Of a DNA stretch of 64,000 bases, positions 25,801 through 37,760 are shown in pieces. The notes beneath the pieces are model-generated. The model was not told the origin of the DNA. It was given only the letters and a program-made list of their open reading frames with translations, and made no database searches. The stretch is taken from assembly GCA_050613775.1 (NCBI GenBank), contig JBODTK010000014.1:682001-746000 (forward strand), read 5' to 3'. The position numbers and the translations under genes were made by a program. How positions within the stretch are numbered: the first letter of the stretch is position 1; every line of letters begins with the position of its first letter. This stretch comes from Neocallimastix sp. 'constans' (Eukaryota).

Positions 25801-26984
25801 GTGAATATATTATGAGAGAAGATTGCTTCACGTTTATCCCTAAAAATTCGATTAGACCACTTAATTTGTTTATCCCGAGGCGGAGTAACAAAACCATCAG
25901 GAGATATTTTTTTACAAGAACGAATAAGTGATAAATGGTCAGAGATGTCATTAAAAGAGTAGCATACAGAAGCAATATTCAGATAATTTCTTAATTTATC
26001 GTTCACTACTATAAAATCAATACAAGAATTCTTTCCACCATTAGACCAAGTAAATTGATGACCAACCATATCCATAACAAACCATTGAGGGGAAATTCTA
26101 AGAATAAGATCTTTGAGTTGTTGCTTAGTCATGTTGAAATCACCAACAATAGCCGAAGGGTTATTCTGATGGTTCTTGAGCCAATTAGCAAAATCAGTTT
26201 CTGCTTTTTCTCTAGAGTCTTTGTGTTTTTTGCTAGGAATGTAAATGTTCCCTAAAGAACATCTGACACCCCAAAAAGAGAATATATTTACTGAGAGTAT
26301 ATATCTATATTCAAAATCATCATTAGTGAATTGGCAGGAGGAGTGCACACCTATATAAAGGCCCCTCATACCAGGGATTTTTTTGTCCGCACGTCTCAGT
26401 ACTTTTCTATAATGATTAAGGAATGGATATGAGTTAGAAAAAGAGTTAAGGAATGAACTATTACCGACTTCTTGAAGACAAATACAAATAGGATTAAAGA
26501 TTGAATTAAAATTGGTAAGTCCGTCATGTTTTTCAGAATTCCAACCATTTATGTTCCAGCTAATACAGAGGTTGAAATATTGAGTATTCGAGAAAGGGTT
26601 AGCATACAGGAGGCTTTCAAAGACGGGGATTGAAGGTTCAGAATAATACCTGGTTCTATTATGATTAACACTGCTAAATGTGCGTATCCTTGAAGTAATC
26701 TTCTATTTTATTCTTTTAACAGGTAAGTGCTTAGTAATCAAATAAATAACTTTCAAATAATCCATATAATTATTATAGTTAACTCTTAGGATGAAGTAGT
26801 TTTCCATATTAATATAGTGTTTTTTAACGATTCCATGAACAACTTCATTACAATTTGATATCTTTTTGCTTAAAAATTCCCATAGTCTACTTTCAGTCCA
26901 AGATTCAAGATCATGAATGAAAATTAAAACAAATTTATCATGGTCAGGACCATAATGTCGCAGACCTCTTCGTATAGTTGACAT
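22897..26984 (-). pseudogene. Single polyprotein ORF of element F: RRM-like, APE endonuclease, reverse transcriptase, CCHC knuckle; one nonsense codon and two frameshifts
   Basis: ATG 26984. Reading past TAG 26703-26705 stays in frame through SWNINGWN and CLQEV into the 944-aa ORF (GDFN, DLKKAYDSV, GVRQGCPLSP, FADD, YLG). Frameshifts near 23610 and 23180. CPCCG-x8-HWILLC and LLLGG. Confidence 0.9.
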
Positions 26985-27679
26985 AATAAAATAAAAAACT
27001 TATCTATATTAATAAAAAGTAAATGTAATATAAAAATAAAAAAAATAAAATTAGTAAAAAATTAAAAAATAAAAAAAAAATAAAAATTTATTGCTGTTGT
27101 CTTCTCTTTCGTGTATATTGTTTGCTAAAACTTGTTTGTTTTTCTTTCTTTTTGTGTTGACTAGTTTTTAATTAATGATTTTCAATTATAAATTCCTGTT
27201 TTATGTAAAAATTTCTGTAAAATAATCATATATAATATAAAATTTAAATGTTAATGAAATAATAGTTGTGAAAAACTATAAAAAGATTCCCATCCGTTAA
27301 ATAATGTCTCAAACACAAGCTTTGGAGTGAATCAATCTCCTCCATTTCCATTTTACAATAGCTACATGAGAGTATAAATAATACTATAGAAAAAAACATA
27401 TACAAAAAAAAAAAAATGCTAGAGTAAAAATACAATAGATTCATTACAATGATAATATGTAGAAACTACATGATATTATTAATTATACAACTCCAATGTT
27501 ATTACATATCCAGTTTAAGACATTATAGAACGTCAAGTTCACTTTCTACAGTCTTCCAGTATTCCAGATTTCTCTCTTCGTACTAGAAGCCACTTTAGAA
27601 AGGATAACCATTGATTATCATCAGAATCACAGAAAGCTGTAATTAGTACACCTGATATAGGTTATTCCTTTTCCATCAA

Positions 27680-27717
27680 CCCTCCATGGACCTGGAAAAA
27701 CAGTCCACTTCATTGGG
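27680..27717 (-). ncRNA. Kink-turn (Kt-7-type) hairpin at the 5' terminus of LINE F
   Basis: CCC-AAU-GA-AG-UGGAC-UG-UUUUUC-CA-G-GUCCA-UG-GA-GGG starts immediately after the TSD: C-stem, 3-nt bulge, G.A, A.G, A.G, G.U, 5-bp stem. Confidence 0.7.
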
Positions 27718-27960
27718 GAAAACTAGAGAATCAGTATAAAAATTTCTGAAATTTAGACTCTATAAAAAGCATTAATAGATTCGAGTGACAGATTGTTACT
27801 GAAATGGATACCTAAGTACATATAAGTAGATTTTTTGGGAATGGAATACATCCTAAAATAAAACGTAAGGTCTTATAACCATGATAATGCTCAAAATTTA
27901 AAGACTTAATAACCATGGTATCACATTTATTGATAGTGAAAGACATTTCATTTTTCTTTC
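27718..27960 (-). mobile_element. Older host LINE (element G), upstream part (RT C-terminal region)
   Basis: NEMSFTINKCDTMVIK and YMYLGIHFSNNLSLES are homologous to NEMTFGINKCATLVVK and YTYLGIPFNESLDLKP of element F. Confidence 0.85.
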
Positions 27961-28830
27961 ATTAATGGTAACTCCTTGTGAATTAGCATTACCGTTGGAA
28001 TCTATATCATAATTTCCACCTAAAAGTCTATTACCTTCTACATACATTCCTTTTTTTTTTTTTTTTTACTTAAAATCAAAGAAATAATTAAATACAACAG
28101 CATTTCCTTGTACTAAAATCTCAAGCTCGTTTTAAGGAAATTTTTTAATAAAAACTAATATGATTTTATTTATTTGTTTTAATAATTTTTAATTAAATAA
28201 TAAATAAAGAATTTAAAAAAAAATAAAAAATAAAAATAAAAACAAAAAATAATAATTTATATACACAAATAATAATAAAGAATTTATACCAAAAATTTAT
28301 ATGAATTATTGGATTAATTATATTTTTATTAATATATTTAATAAATTTATTTTAAATTTTACTACAATTTGAATTCTTTATATCTCTAATATTTATGCTA
28401 GTAATATAATAATATTTATATAGCTATTTAAATATGATTTTTTTCTTTACATATGATTTTAAAATTAAAATTTTAGATATAATAAAATTCAAATATATTT
28501 CTTATTTATGACTTATTTCATAAATAATAATAATTAATATTTAAATGATTTATATAATTATTTAATTATAAAATATGTTTTGTAATTAAAATTTTAATTA
28601 ATAATATTATTAATATTTTTTTAAAAAAAATTAATTATAATAATTTTTTAAATATTTAAATATAATAAATTTTTTACAAATATTACTTTTTAATTTTTAG
28701 TAGATTTTTATATATTTTTAATTTAAATTTTAATTTTTTGAATAAATTTTGAATTTCTTATTATATAACTTTTTAATATTATAATAATACATTATGTAAT
28801 TTTAGTAGTTTTGGTGTTTTTTTTTTTTTT

Positions 28831-31800
28831 TTAGTTTTCAGAAGAGCAACTATTATATTTAAATTATATTAATAAAATTATAATGAAGATATTAAAAATA
28901 TATTAGATATTTCGTTTGTTGAACAATTAATATAAAAATAAAATTATTTATTTATTATTACAAAATTTTTGTTAATAAAATAAATTACTTACATAGATTT
29001 GAGTTCTTCTGGAACTTTGTCACATCCATCTTCAATTTTTAATTCGGAAAGATTCTTAAGATTCTTTAAAGAAGAAAGATCTTCAGCATCAATAGAACGA
29101 ACATCAATTTTTAATGATTCAAGTTCACTGAAACCAGAAATGATTTTAATATCTTCATCATCAATGGAAGTGTTTCCATATAAGACTAATGATTTTAAGG
29201 ATTCAACATTCTTGAAGGCATTTAAAGTTGAACTAACACTATTAGTGGTTATTTTCTTTAAATTCTTGAGATTCTTTAATGAAGAATAATCTAAATCGTC
29301 ATCAAAGTCACATTCATTAAATTCAATTTCTTCAAGTCCACTTAAAGAAGATAAAACATCAATTCCTCTTTGACTTAAAGAAATTCTCATTAATTTAATC
29401 TTTTCAAGAGTACCTACATTTTCAAATTCTTCTAATGAACTTTCTTCATATTCAGTATAAGCTTCACTTATAGTTTCAGTAGGAGCTGAACTAGAAGAGC
29501 AGAGAGATTTAAGTTCTTCTGGAACTATATCACATCCATCTTCAATTTTTAATTCGGAAAGATTCTTAAGATTCTTTAAAGAAGAAAGATCTTCAGCATC
29601 AATAGAACGAACATCAATTTTTAATGATTCAAGTTCACTGAAACCAGAAATGATTTCAATATCTTCATCATCAATGGAAGTGTTTCCATATAAGACTAAT
29701 GACTTTAAGGATTCAACATTCTTGAAGGCATTTAAAGTTGAACTAACACTATTAGTGGTTAATTTCTTTAAATTCTTGAGATTCTTTAATGAAGAATAAT
29801 CTAAATCGTCATCAAAGTCACATTCATTGAATTCGATTTCTTCAAGTCCACTTAAAGAAGATAAAACATCAATTCCTCTTTGACTTAAAGAAATTCTCAT
29901 TAATTTAATCTTTTCAAGAGTAGCTACATTTTCAAATTCTTCTAATGAACTTTCTTCATATTCAGCATAAGCTTCACTTATAGTTTCAGTAGGAGCTGAA
30001 CTAGAAGAGCAGAGAGATTTAAGTTCTTCTGGAACTATATCACATCCATCTTCAATTTTTAATTCGGAAAGATTCTTAAGATTCTTTAAAGAAGAAAGAT
30101 CTTCAGCATCAATAGAACGAACATCAATTTTTAATGATTCAAGTTCACTGAAACCAGAAATGATTTCAATATCTTCATCATCAATGGAAGTGTTTCCATA
30201 TAATTCTAATGATCTTAAGGATTCAACATTCTTGAAAGCATTTAAAGTTGAACTAACACTATTAGTGGTTAATTTCCTTAAATTCTTGAGATTCTTTAAT
30301 GAAGAATAATCTAAATCGTCATCAAAGTCACATTCATTAAATTCAATTTCTTCAAGTCCACTTAAAGAAGATAAAACATCAATTCCTCTTTGACTTAAAG
30401 AAATTCTCATTAATTTAATCTTTTCAAGAGTACCTACATTTTCAAATTCTTCTAATGAACTTTCTTCATATTCAGCATAAGCTTCACTTATAGTTTCAGT
30501 AGGAGCTGAACTAGAAGAGCAGAGAGATTTAAGTTCTTCTGGAACTATATCACATCCATCTTCAATTTTTAATTCGGAAAGATTCTTAAGATTCTTTAAA
30601 GAAGAAAGATCTTCAGCATCAATAGAACGAACATCAATTTTTAATGATTCAAGTTCACTGAAACCAGAAATGATTTCAACATCTTCATCATCAATGGAAG
30701 TGTTTCCATATAAGACTAATGATTTTAAGGATTCAACATTCTTGAAAGCATTTAAAGTTGAACTAACACTATTAGTGGTTATTTTCTTTAAATTCTTGAG
30801 ATTCTTTAATGAAGAATAATCTAAATCGTCATCAAAGTCACATTCATTAAATTCAATTTCTTCGAGTCCACTTAAAGAAGATAAAACATCAATTCCTCTT
30901 TGACTTAAAGAAATTCTCATTAATTTAATCTTTTTAAGAGTACCTACATTTTCAAATTCTTCTAATGAACTTTCTTCATATTCAGCATAAGCTTCACTTA
31001 TAGTTTCAGTAGGAGCTGAACTAGAAGAGCAGAGGGATTTAAGTTCTTCTGGAACTATATCACATCCATCTTCAATTTTTAATTCGGAAAGATTCTTAAG
31101 ATTCTTTAAAGAAGAAAGATCTTCAGCATCAATAGAACGAACATCAATTTTTAATGATTCAAGTTCACTGAAACCAGAAATGATTTCAACATCTTCATCA
31201 TCAATGGAAGTGTTTCCATATAAGACTAATGATTTTAAGGATTCAACATTCTTGAAAGCATTTAAAGTTGAACTAACACTATTAGTGGTTATTTTCTTTA
31301 AATTCTTGAGATTCTTTAATGAAGAATAATCTAAATCGTCATCAAAGTCACATTCATTAAATTCAATTTCTTCGAGTCCACTTAAAGAAGATAAAACATC
31401 AATTCCTCTTTGACTTAAAGAAATTCTCATTAATTTAATCTTTTCAAGAGTACCTACATTTTCAAATTCTTCTAATGAACTTTCTTCATATTCAGCATAA
31501 GCTTCACTTATAGTTTCAGTAGGAGCTGAACTAGAAGAGCAGAGGGATTTAAGTTCTTCTGGAACTATATCACATCCATCTTCAATTTTTAATTCGGAAA
31601 GATTCTTAAGATTCTTTAAAGAAGAAAGATCTTCAGCATCAATAGAACGAACATCAATTTTTAATGATTCAAGTTCACTGAAACCAGAAATGATTTCAAT
31701 ATCTTCATCATCAATGGAAGTGTTTCCATATAATTCTAATGATCTTAAGGATTCAACATTCTTGAAAGCATTTAAAGTTGAACTAACACTATTAGTGGTT

Positions 31801-32986
31801 AATTTCCTTAAATTCTTGAGATTCTTTAATGAAGAATAATCTAAATCGTCATCAAAGTCACATTCATTAAATTCAATTTCTTCGAGTCCACTTAAAGAAG
31901 ATAAAACATCAATTCCTCTTTGACTTAAAGAAATTCTCATTAATTTAATCTTTTCAAGAGTACCTACATTTTCAAATTCTTCTAATGAACTTTCTTCATA
32001 TTCAGCATAAGCTTCACTTATAGTTTCAGTAGGAGCTGAACTAGAAGAGCAGAGAGATTTAAGTTCTTCTGGAACTATATCACATCCATCTTCAATTTTT
32101 AATTCGGAAAGATTCTTAAGATTCTTTAAAGAAGAAAGATCTTCAGCATCAATAGAACGAACATCAATTTTTAATGATTCAAGTTCACTGAAACCAGAAA
32201 TGATTTCAATATCTTCATCATCAATGGAAGTGTTTCCATATAAGACTAATGATTTTAAGGATTCAACATTCTTGAAGGCATTTAAAGTTGAACTAACACT
32301 ATTAGTGGTTATTTTCTTTAAATTCTTGAGATTCTTTAATGAAGAATAATCTAAATCGTCATCAAAGTCACATTCATTAAATTCAATTTCTTCGAGTCCA
32401 CTTAAAGAAGATAAAACATCAATTCCTCTTTGACTTAAAGAAATTCTCATTAATTTAATCTTTTCAAGAGTAGTTACATTTTCAAATTCTTCTAATGAAC
32501 TTTCTTCATATTCAGCATAAGCTTCACTTATAGTTTCAGTAGGAGCTGAACTAGAAGAGCAGAGAGATTTAAGTTCTTCTGGAACTATATCACATCCATC
32601 TTCAATTTTTAATTCGGAAAGATTCTTAAGATTCTTTAAAGAAGAAAGATCTTCAGCATCAATAGAACGAACATCAATTTTTAATGATTCAAGTTCACTG
32701 AAACCAGAAATGATTTCAATATCTTCATCATCAATGGAAGTGTTTCCATATAAGACTAATGATTTTAAGGATTTAACATTCTTGAAAGCATTTAAAGTTG
32801 AACCAACACGATTAGTTGTTAATTTCTTTAAATTCTTAAGATTCTTTAATGAAGAATAATCTAAATCGTCATCAAAGTCACATTCAGTAAATTCAATTTC
32901 TTCAAGTCCACTTAAACCAGATAAAACATTAACATATTCTTGATTTAATGAAAGTCTCGTTAAATTGCTGTAAAATTTAAAAGATT

Positions 32987-33033
<47 letters not shown>

Positions 33034-33258
33034 AATTATAAGTAATTTTTAATAAAATTTGATAAAAAAAAAAATTTTAATTTAAATAATAAATATTATT
33101 AATAATAATTATTACAATTTAGTTATAATTCCATCATGGTTACAAGTTAAATTAATATCTCCTTCAAAATTTTTATTGAATTCTTTAACTTCACTGCATT
33201 GAGAAGCTAAAGCACCAAGAACAAGAAAAGAATGTACTAATCCTCTAATATATTTCAT
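28831..33258 (-). CDS. Secreted acidic leucine-rich-repeat protein; 3 exons (33258-33116, 32967-28993, 28849-28831)
   Basis: Exon 1 MKYIRGLVHSFLVLGALA.. is a signal peptide. GT-AG introns are phase-compatible. LxxLxxLxxLxL repeats. Splicing at GTAAGT (28992) gives ...ELKSICSSEN*, matching the repeat consensus ELKSLCSS. Confidence 0.88.
28993..32967 (-). repeat. ~7.8 near-identical 510-bp (170-aa) coding tandem repeats
   Basis: Same sequence recurs every 510 bp with only a few substitutions. Confidence 0.97.
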
Positions 33259-33924
33259 TATTAATATTATTATATTATTAAATTGTTATATAATTATTTA
33301 TTATTATTATAATATGTTTTTTTGTGTAAATATTTATTGAAGAAAAAAAAAAAAGATAAATAAGAGACTTTTTTATAGTCAAAAAAAATACAAAAAAAAG
33401 GAATGTTCTAATCAATAAAAAAAGAATATTCTAATCATTTAGAAATAAAAAAGAATATTCTAATCAATAAATAAAAAGATAATTTTAAATATTATTTTTT
33501 GTTAAAAAAAATTTTTTTTTAATAATTTTATTTTAATTAATTAATTAATAAATTTTATATTTAGATAATTTTTTTTTTTTTTTTTGGAATAAAAGACTAT
33601 TTAGTATATATGAATAATAAATATTTTCTAATATAATAATTTTTTTAAAAAAAAAAAAAAATTTTTTTTTCTAAATAAATTGCAATTATACAATTATATT
33701 TGTTTTAATTTCTTAATAGGTAAAAGACAATAGAAAAAAAAGATTTTTCAATTTAAAAAAATAGTGAAGTGTATTTTATTTAATTATTATTATTACTTTC
33801 TTCATTTATTTTGTGTTTTTCATCAACAAACCGTAAGTCAAAAAACGAAAATTCTATCTTTAGTATAATAAGTAATATTTAAATATTCCAATTAAATAAA
33901 ATGAAATAATATTAATAAAAATAT

Positions 33925-33969
33925 TGGGAGAAGTTATATTATTTATTTATGTAATTTATTGATATAAAT

Positions 33970-34000
<31 letters not shown>

Positions 34001-34600
34001 TTTTATAATTTAAATTTATTTAATTATATACTAAATTTTATAAATTCATATTTTAATATTATTAAAATATAAAATATAAAATAAATTTAAATAAATTTAT
34101 TTAATAACATTACTATTACAACTTCATTACATTGCATTTCATTGCGATTGCAAAGAATAAATATAAAGAAAAAGTATTCTTTCAGATAATACTATTTAAT
34201 TATAAACTATTTTAAAATAATAAAAATTAATTATTAAAAAAATATAAAAATAAAATAAGATAATTAAAATAATTAAAATAAAATAAAATAATTAAAATAA
34301 AATAAATAATTAAAATAAAATAAATAATTAAAATAAAATAAAATAAAATTTAATTAATTTATAAATTATTTACATATTTACATAAATTTATGTCATAAAT
34401 TTAAAGTTAATATAAATTTTATGTATTTTATAAATTTATAATATTACATAAATTTATTTTATATCACGTTATTTTGAATCATTTCATAAATCACATGATA
34501 AATAATCAAGTGATAATTTAATGCTTATTAATTTATTTTTATGTTATGATTTAATAAAATAATTTATTAATAATTAAAGTTTTTTTTCATTTTATATCAA
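33925..34600 (-). repeat. Dispersed repeat upstream of the LRR gene, inverted copy of 1115-1813
   Basis: Shares the same colinear blocks as 1115-1813, reverse-complemented. Confidence 0.8.
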
Positions 34601-35014
34601 TAAATATAAAATATAAAAAACTTCCTTTTTTATTTTACCAATAAAAAAGGAAGTTTAAAAATAAAAAAAAAAAATTTATTTATTTGGTAAAATTAAGAAA
34701 AAAAAGAAAATATAAAACTAATTTCATTATTAATTTAGTAAAAAAAAATTTTATCTTATTATTATTTTACTCATTATATTTTTTTTAAATATTAAGTTTT
34801 CTTTATTATTTAGCCATTTTTATAATAATAAAGAGAGAATCTTTATAATAAATTCATATGATAATGTCAATGTCTAATAATTATATATATATATGATTAA
34901 TCATTTTTTTTAATTGAATATATGTACATATAATTTTTGGATTTAAAAGGAAATACCAAAAAAAGCTTAATCATAACTTTTTTTATATTTATGGAAAATG
35001 AAAAAATTAAAAAC

Positions 35015-35083
<69 letters not shown>

Positions 35084-35276
35084 GAGTCTGAATTTTATGG
35101 TTCATAATTATATCAATTATATTAATATATATTACGAAAAGTTAATATCATTTAATTATTTAAAATTATATGTTTTTATAATATATTGTGGCTTATGTAT
35201 TATTTATATTACAATATGTTTCAAAAAATTTAAATTAAGTTTTTATATTTATTATTATTGTTGTTATTGTTGTTGT

Positions 35277-35628
35277 TGTTAGTATTATTAAACTTAGATC
35301 AGTAATATTCTTAATGAATATAGTATACATGGAAAATAAGTGTATAATCATAATACATATACATTTAAGTAATTAAGTAATCATTAAATATAGAAAATTA
35401 AATACACATAAATATAAATAAATAAATATTATAAATAAATAAGTTAAATATATAATTAAATTATGAGTGCAGTCAACACTCCCCCTCAAATGATATTTTT
35501 AGGCAAAAATGTTGTTTGTAAATTTTTGTATCTTTAGTCCATTTGAGTCTTTGATTAATATGTCCGTTTGAATATTTTCAGTGTCAATATATCTTAATTT
35601 TACTTTCTTCTTTGCAATATTGTCCCTG
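35277..35628 (-). mobile_element. Ty1/Copia remnant: RNase H C-terminus, polypurine tract and ~200-bp 3' LTR
   Basis: - strand RDNIAKKKVKLRYIDTENIQTDILIKD (Copia YIxTxxxxADILTK motif). PPT TTTGAGGGGGAG (35490-35479) is directly followed by TGTTG (35478). Candidate LTR end ...CTAACA at 35277. Confidence 0.8.
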
Positions 35629-36514
35629 TTGAAATGATAAACACTGTTATCACAGATACAAATAATGTCGAATTAAGTACAGATTCTGATAGTAGTAATG
35701 AAATTTATAATATTAATAATAACAATAGAAATAATATTGTTAATAATAATAAAATTAGTGATCGAGAAAATAGGAATATTAATATTAGTGATAGTGAAAA
35801 TAATAATATCGTTACTAATAATGTAGTGAATAGTTCAATTGGTGAAAATCGTGTTAATTTAAGTAATTATCTGAATAATGAGTGTGTATATATATATGGG
35901 TCGTGGTACGGATTATATAATTTCCTTCTTGGTGGAAGAGATGCAGACATTATTGATTAAAATAAAAAAAAAAAGGAATGGAATTGTTATGTTTAAGAAC
36001 CAAAATCATTTTTGGTAATTATATTCTAAAAACGCCATTCTTGGTGTGATCTACAGCTCTCTTTACAGAAATTTATGCCTAGGACTAGTACTTGACAAGG
36101 GTTACTATTCCCACGGTACAAGTGCAAACTAACCAGGAGCGTCAACGCTGAAAATGCTGTAAGACAAACTAGCAGGGCCAATGCCTCTATAGGAGAAGAC
36201 CATAATTTCTTTCTAGATAGTCTAATCAAACCTTAATCCATATGGATATGAGGTTCGTTTCATATGAACTTTTTTCGGAATTTATTTATACACTTTATTT
36301 CTTGAATTTTACTTTTTTATTTCCCGTTACTCTTTTAAATATTATTATGTTCTAATTAGACAAATAATATTTATTTATTTTATTAATTCTGTTTTTTTTT
36401 TTTTTATTATATTATTATTTTTTATTTAAATTAAAAATATTCAAATAATTAATAAATGAATAAATAAATAAAGATTAAAGTTCGCAATAATTGTGGCTAT
36501 AAAAAAAAAAAAAA
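35629..36514 (+). mobile_element. 5'-truncated LINE (element H), same family as element A
   Basis: Asn-rich linker, NFLLGGR and TRSVNAENAVRQ. 3'UTR ends AAGATTAAAGTTCGCAATAATTGTGGCTAT-A14, as at 12870-12926. Confidence 0.88.
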
Positions 36515-37760
36515 CTAGTCGCTTAGTCTCACCTTAACATGTTGTCCTTGTTGTTATTAGAAAAAAAAGTAATCCTTGATTGGAACCATTGGTTTTCTAA
36601 ACTCTATCTTTTCCGTGAATTTGAATTTCGAATGAAATATTATAGGGATAATTTCTATACTCATCTTGCATCTTTAATAACATATAGTCTATGGAATCAC
36701 TCTAAGTGTTCTGTAGGTAATGTCTATATTCCCATGAAGAAAAACTAATTACAAGTCCAATATGCATTCTCTGAAGTTTTCACATTGACTTCAGAATCAC
36801 ACTAATCATCCATCTATTCTTCCTGGAAAATTTAACATGAGCAACGCTGATTTTCAAGATAAATTAACCAACAGTAACCTTGATAAGTGGTTTATTCTTC
36901 CGACTAATTGTTCACCTATCTCACGGACAAGAGGTAGATATTCATCAGATATTGATCATGCTTTAGTCAACTCAAGTATGCTGGATAAAATATCAAGTGC
37001 TTATTTTATTGACTATCCTTCTGAATCTGATTCATAAACCGCTTGTAGTTTATTGCAAGAAAACTACCATAGATGAATCATTTTTGTTACCAAAAAAATT
37101 TATTAGGTGGGATAGGTATAAATGCCTTGACCTTAGGAATGAAATTTGTGATCATAATAAATTTGAGATTCTTAGTAAAGAATTAGGAAATAAAGAACTT
37201 TCAATAGATTGTGTAATTGAAAAATTCATTAACACTACTAATTCCATTGTTAAGGATTTATCAATTATATCGTCAAAAGAAATCAGAAAAGCGATGTTTA
37301 GAATGTCACGAAAAATTTATTGTCTTCAAAGTATAAAACATATTAAATACAAATAAATTAAGCGTTATGTTTCTACAAATGATTCCGATAAATTTATTAA
37401 AATTGTTGACTCGTATAATAGACTAAGTGAATTAATTCATAAAAAATGTAACGAATTTAGGAGAAAAGAAAAAAAAATATTTACATTGGATTGAAATTGA
37501 ATGTTTATTAGTTCTTAAAAATGATAGTAGGAAAACATGGAAATGGGTAAAAAAAAAAAAATGCAAAAAATATATAATCAATCTTTCACGGTCTCTCATC
37601 CTATTAAAAACAATAATAATAAATTAGTTTCTTCTACAAATGAAAAGATTAAAAGTTTAGCATTCTCATTATATATTCTTAGGGTCAGATTCTTCAGGTC
37701 ATAGTTTTTCTAAAGATTTCTGGAAAGATTCTGATGCATTAAGGAATTTGGGGAGTGTAT
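36515..37760 (+). mobile_element. Degenerate LINE fragments: short knuckle piece followed by APE C-terminus and linker
   Basis: TCCPCC..WNHWF, then CSVGNVYIP, SDIDHALVN, SDS/HKPL, IRWDR, HNKFEIL and DSSGHSFSKDFWK, homologous to elements E and F. Confidence 0.8.

Larger units (their letters stand above)
22763..27717 (-). mobile_element. Full-length APE-RT non-LTR retrotransposon (element F), ~4.95 kb, clade not assigned
   Basis: 14-bp TSD GAAAACTAGAGAAT at 22749-22762 and 27718-27731. ~730-nt 5'UTR, single long ORF, AATAAA then TAGTCT-poly(A) (T tract 22763-22795). Confidence 0.95.

Noticed and set aside
28989..32967. CRISPR-like array
   Set aside because: Contiguous coding repeats with no unique spacers, in a eukaryotic context.
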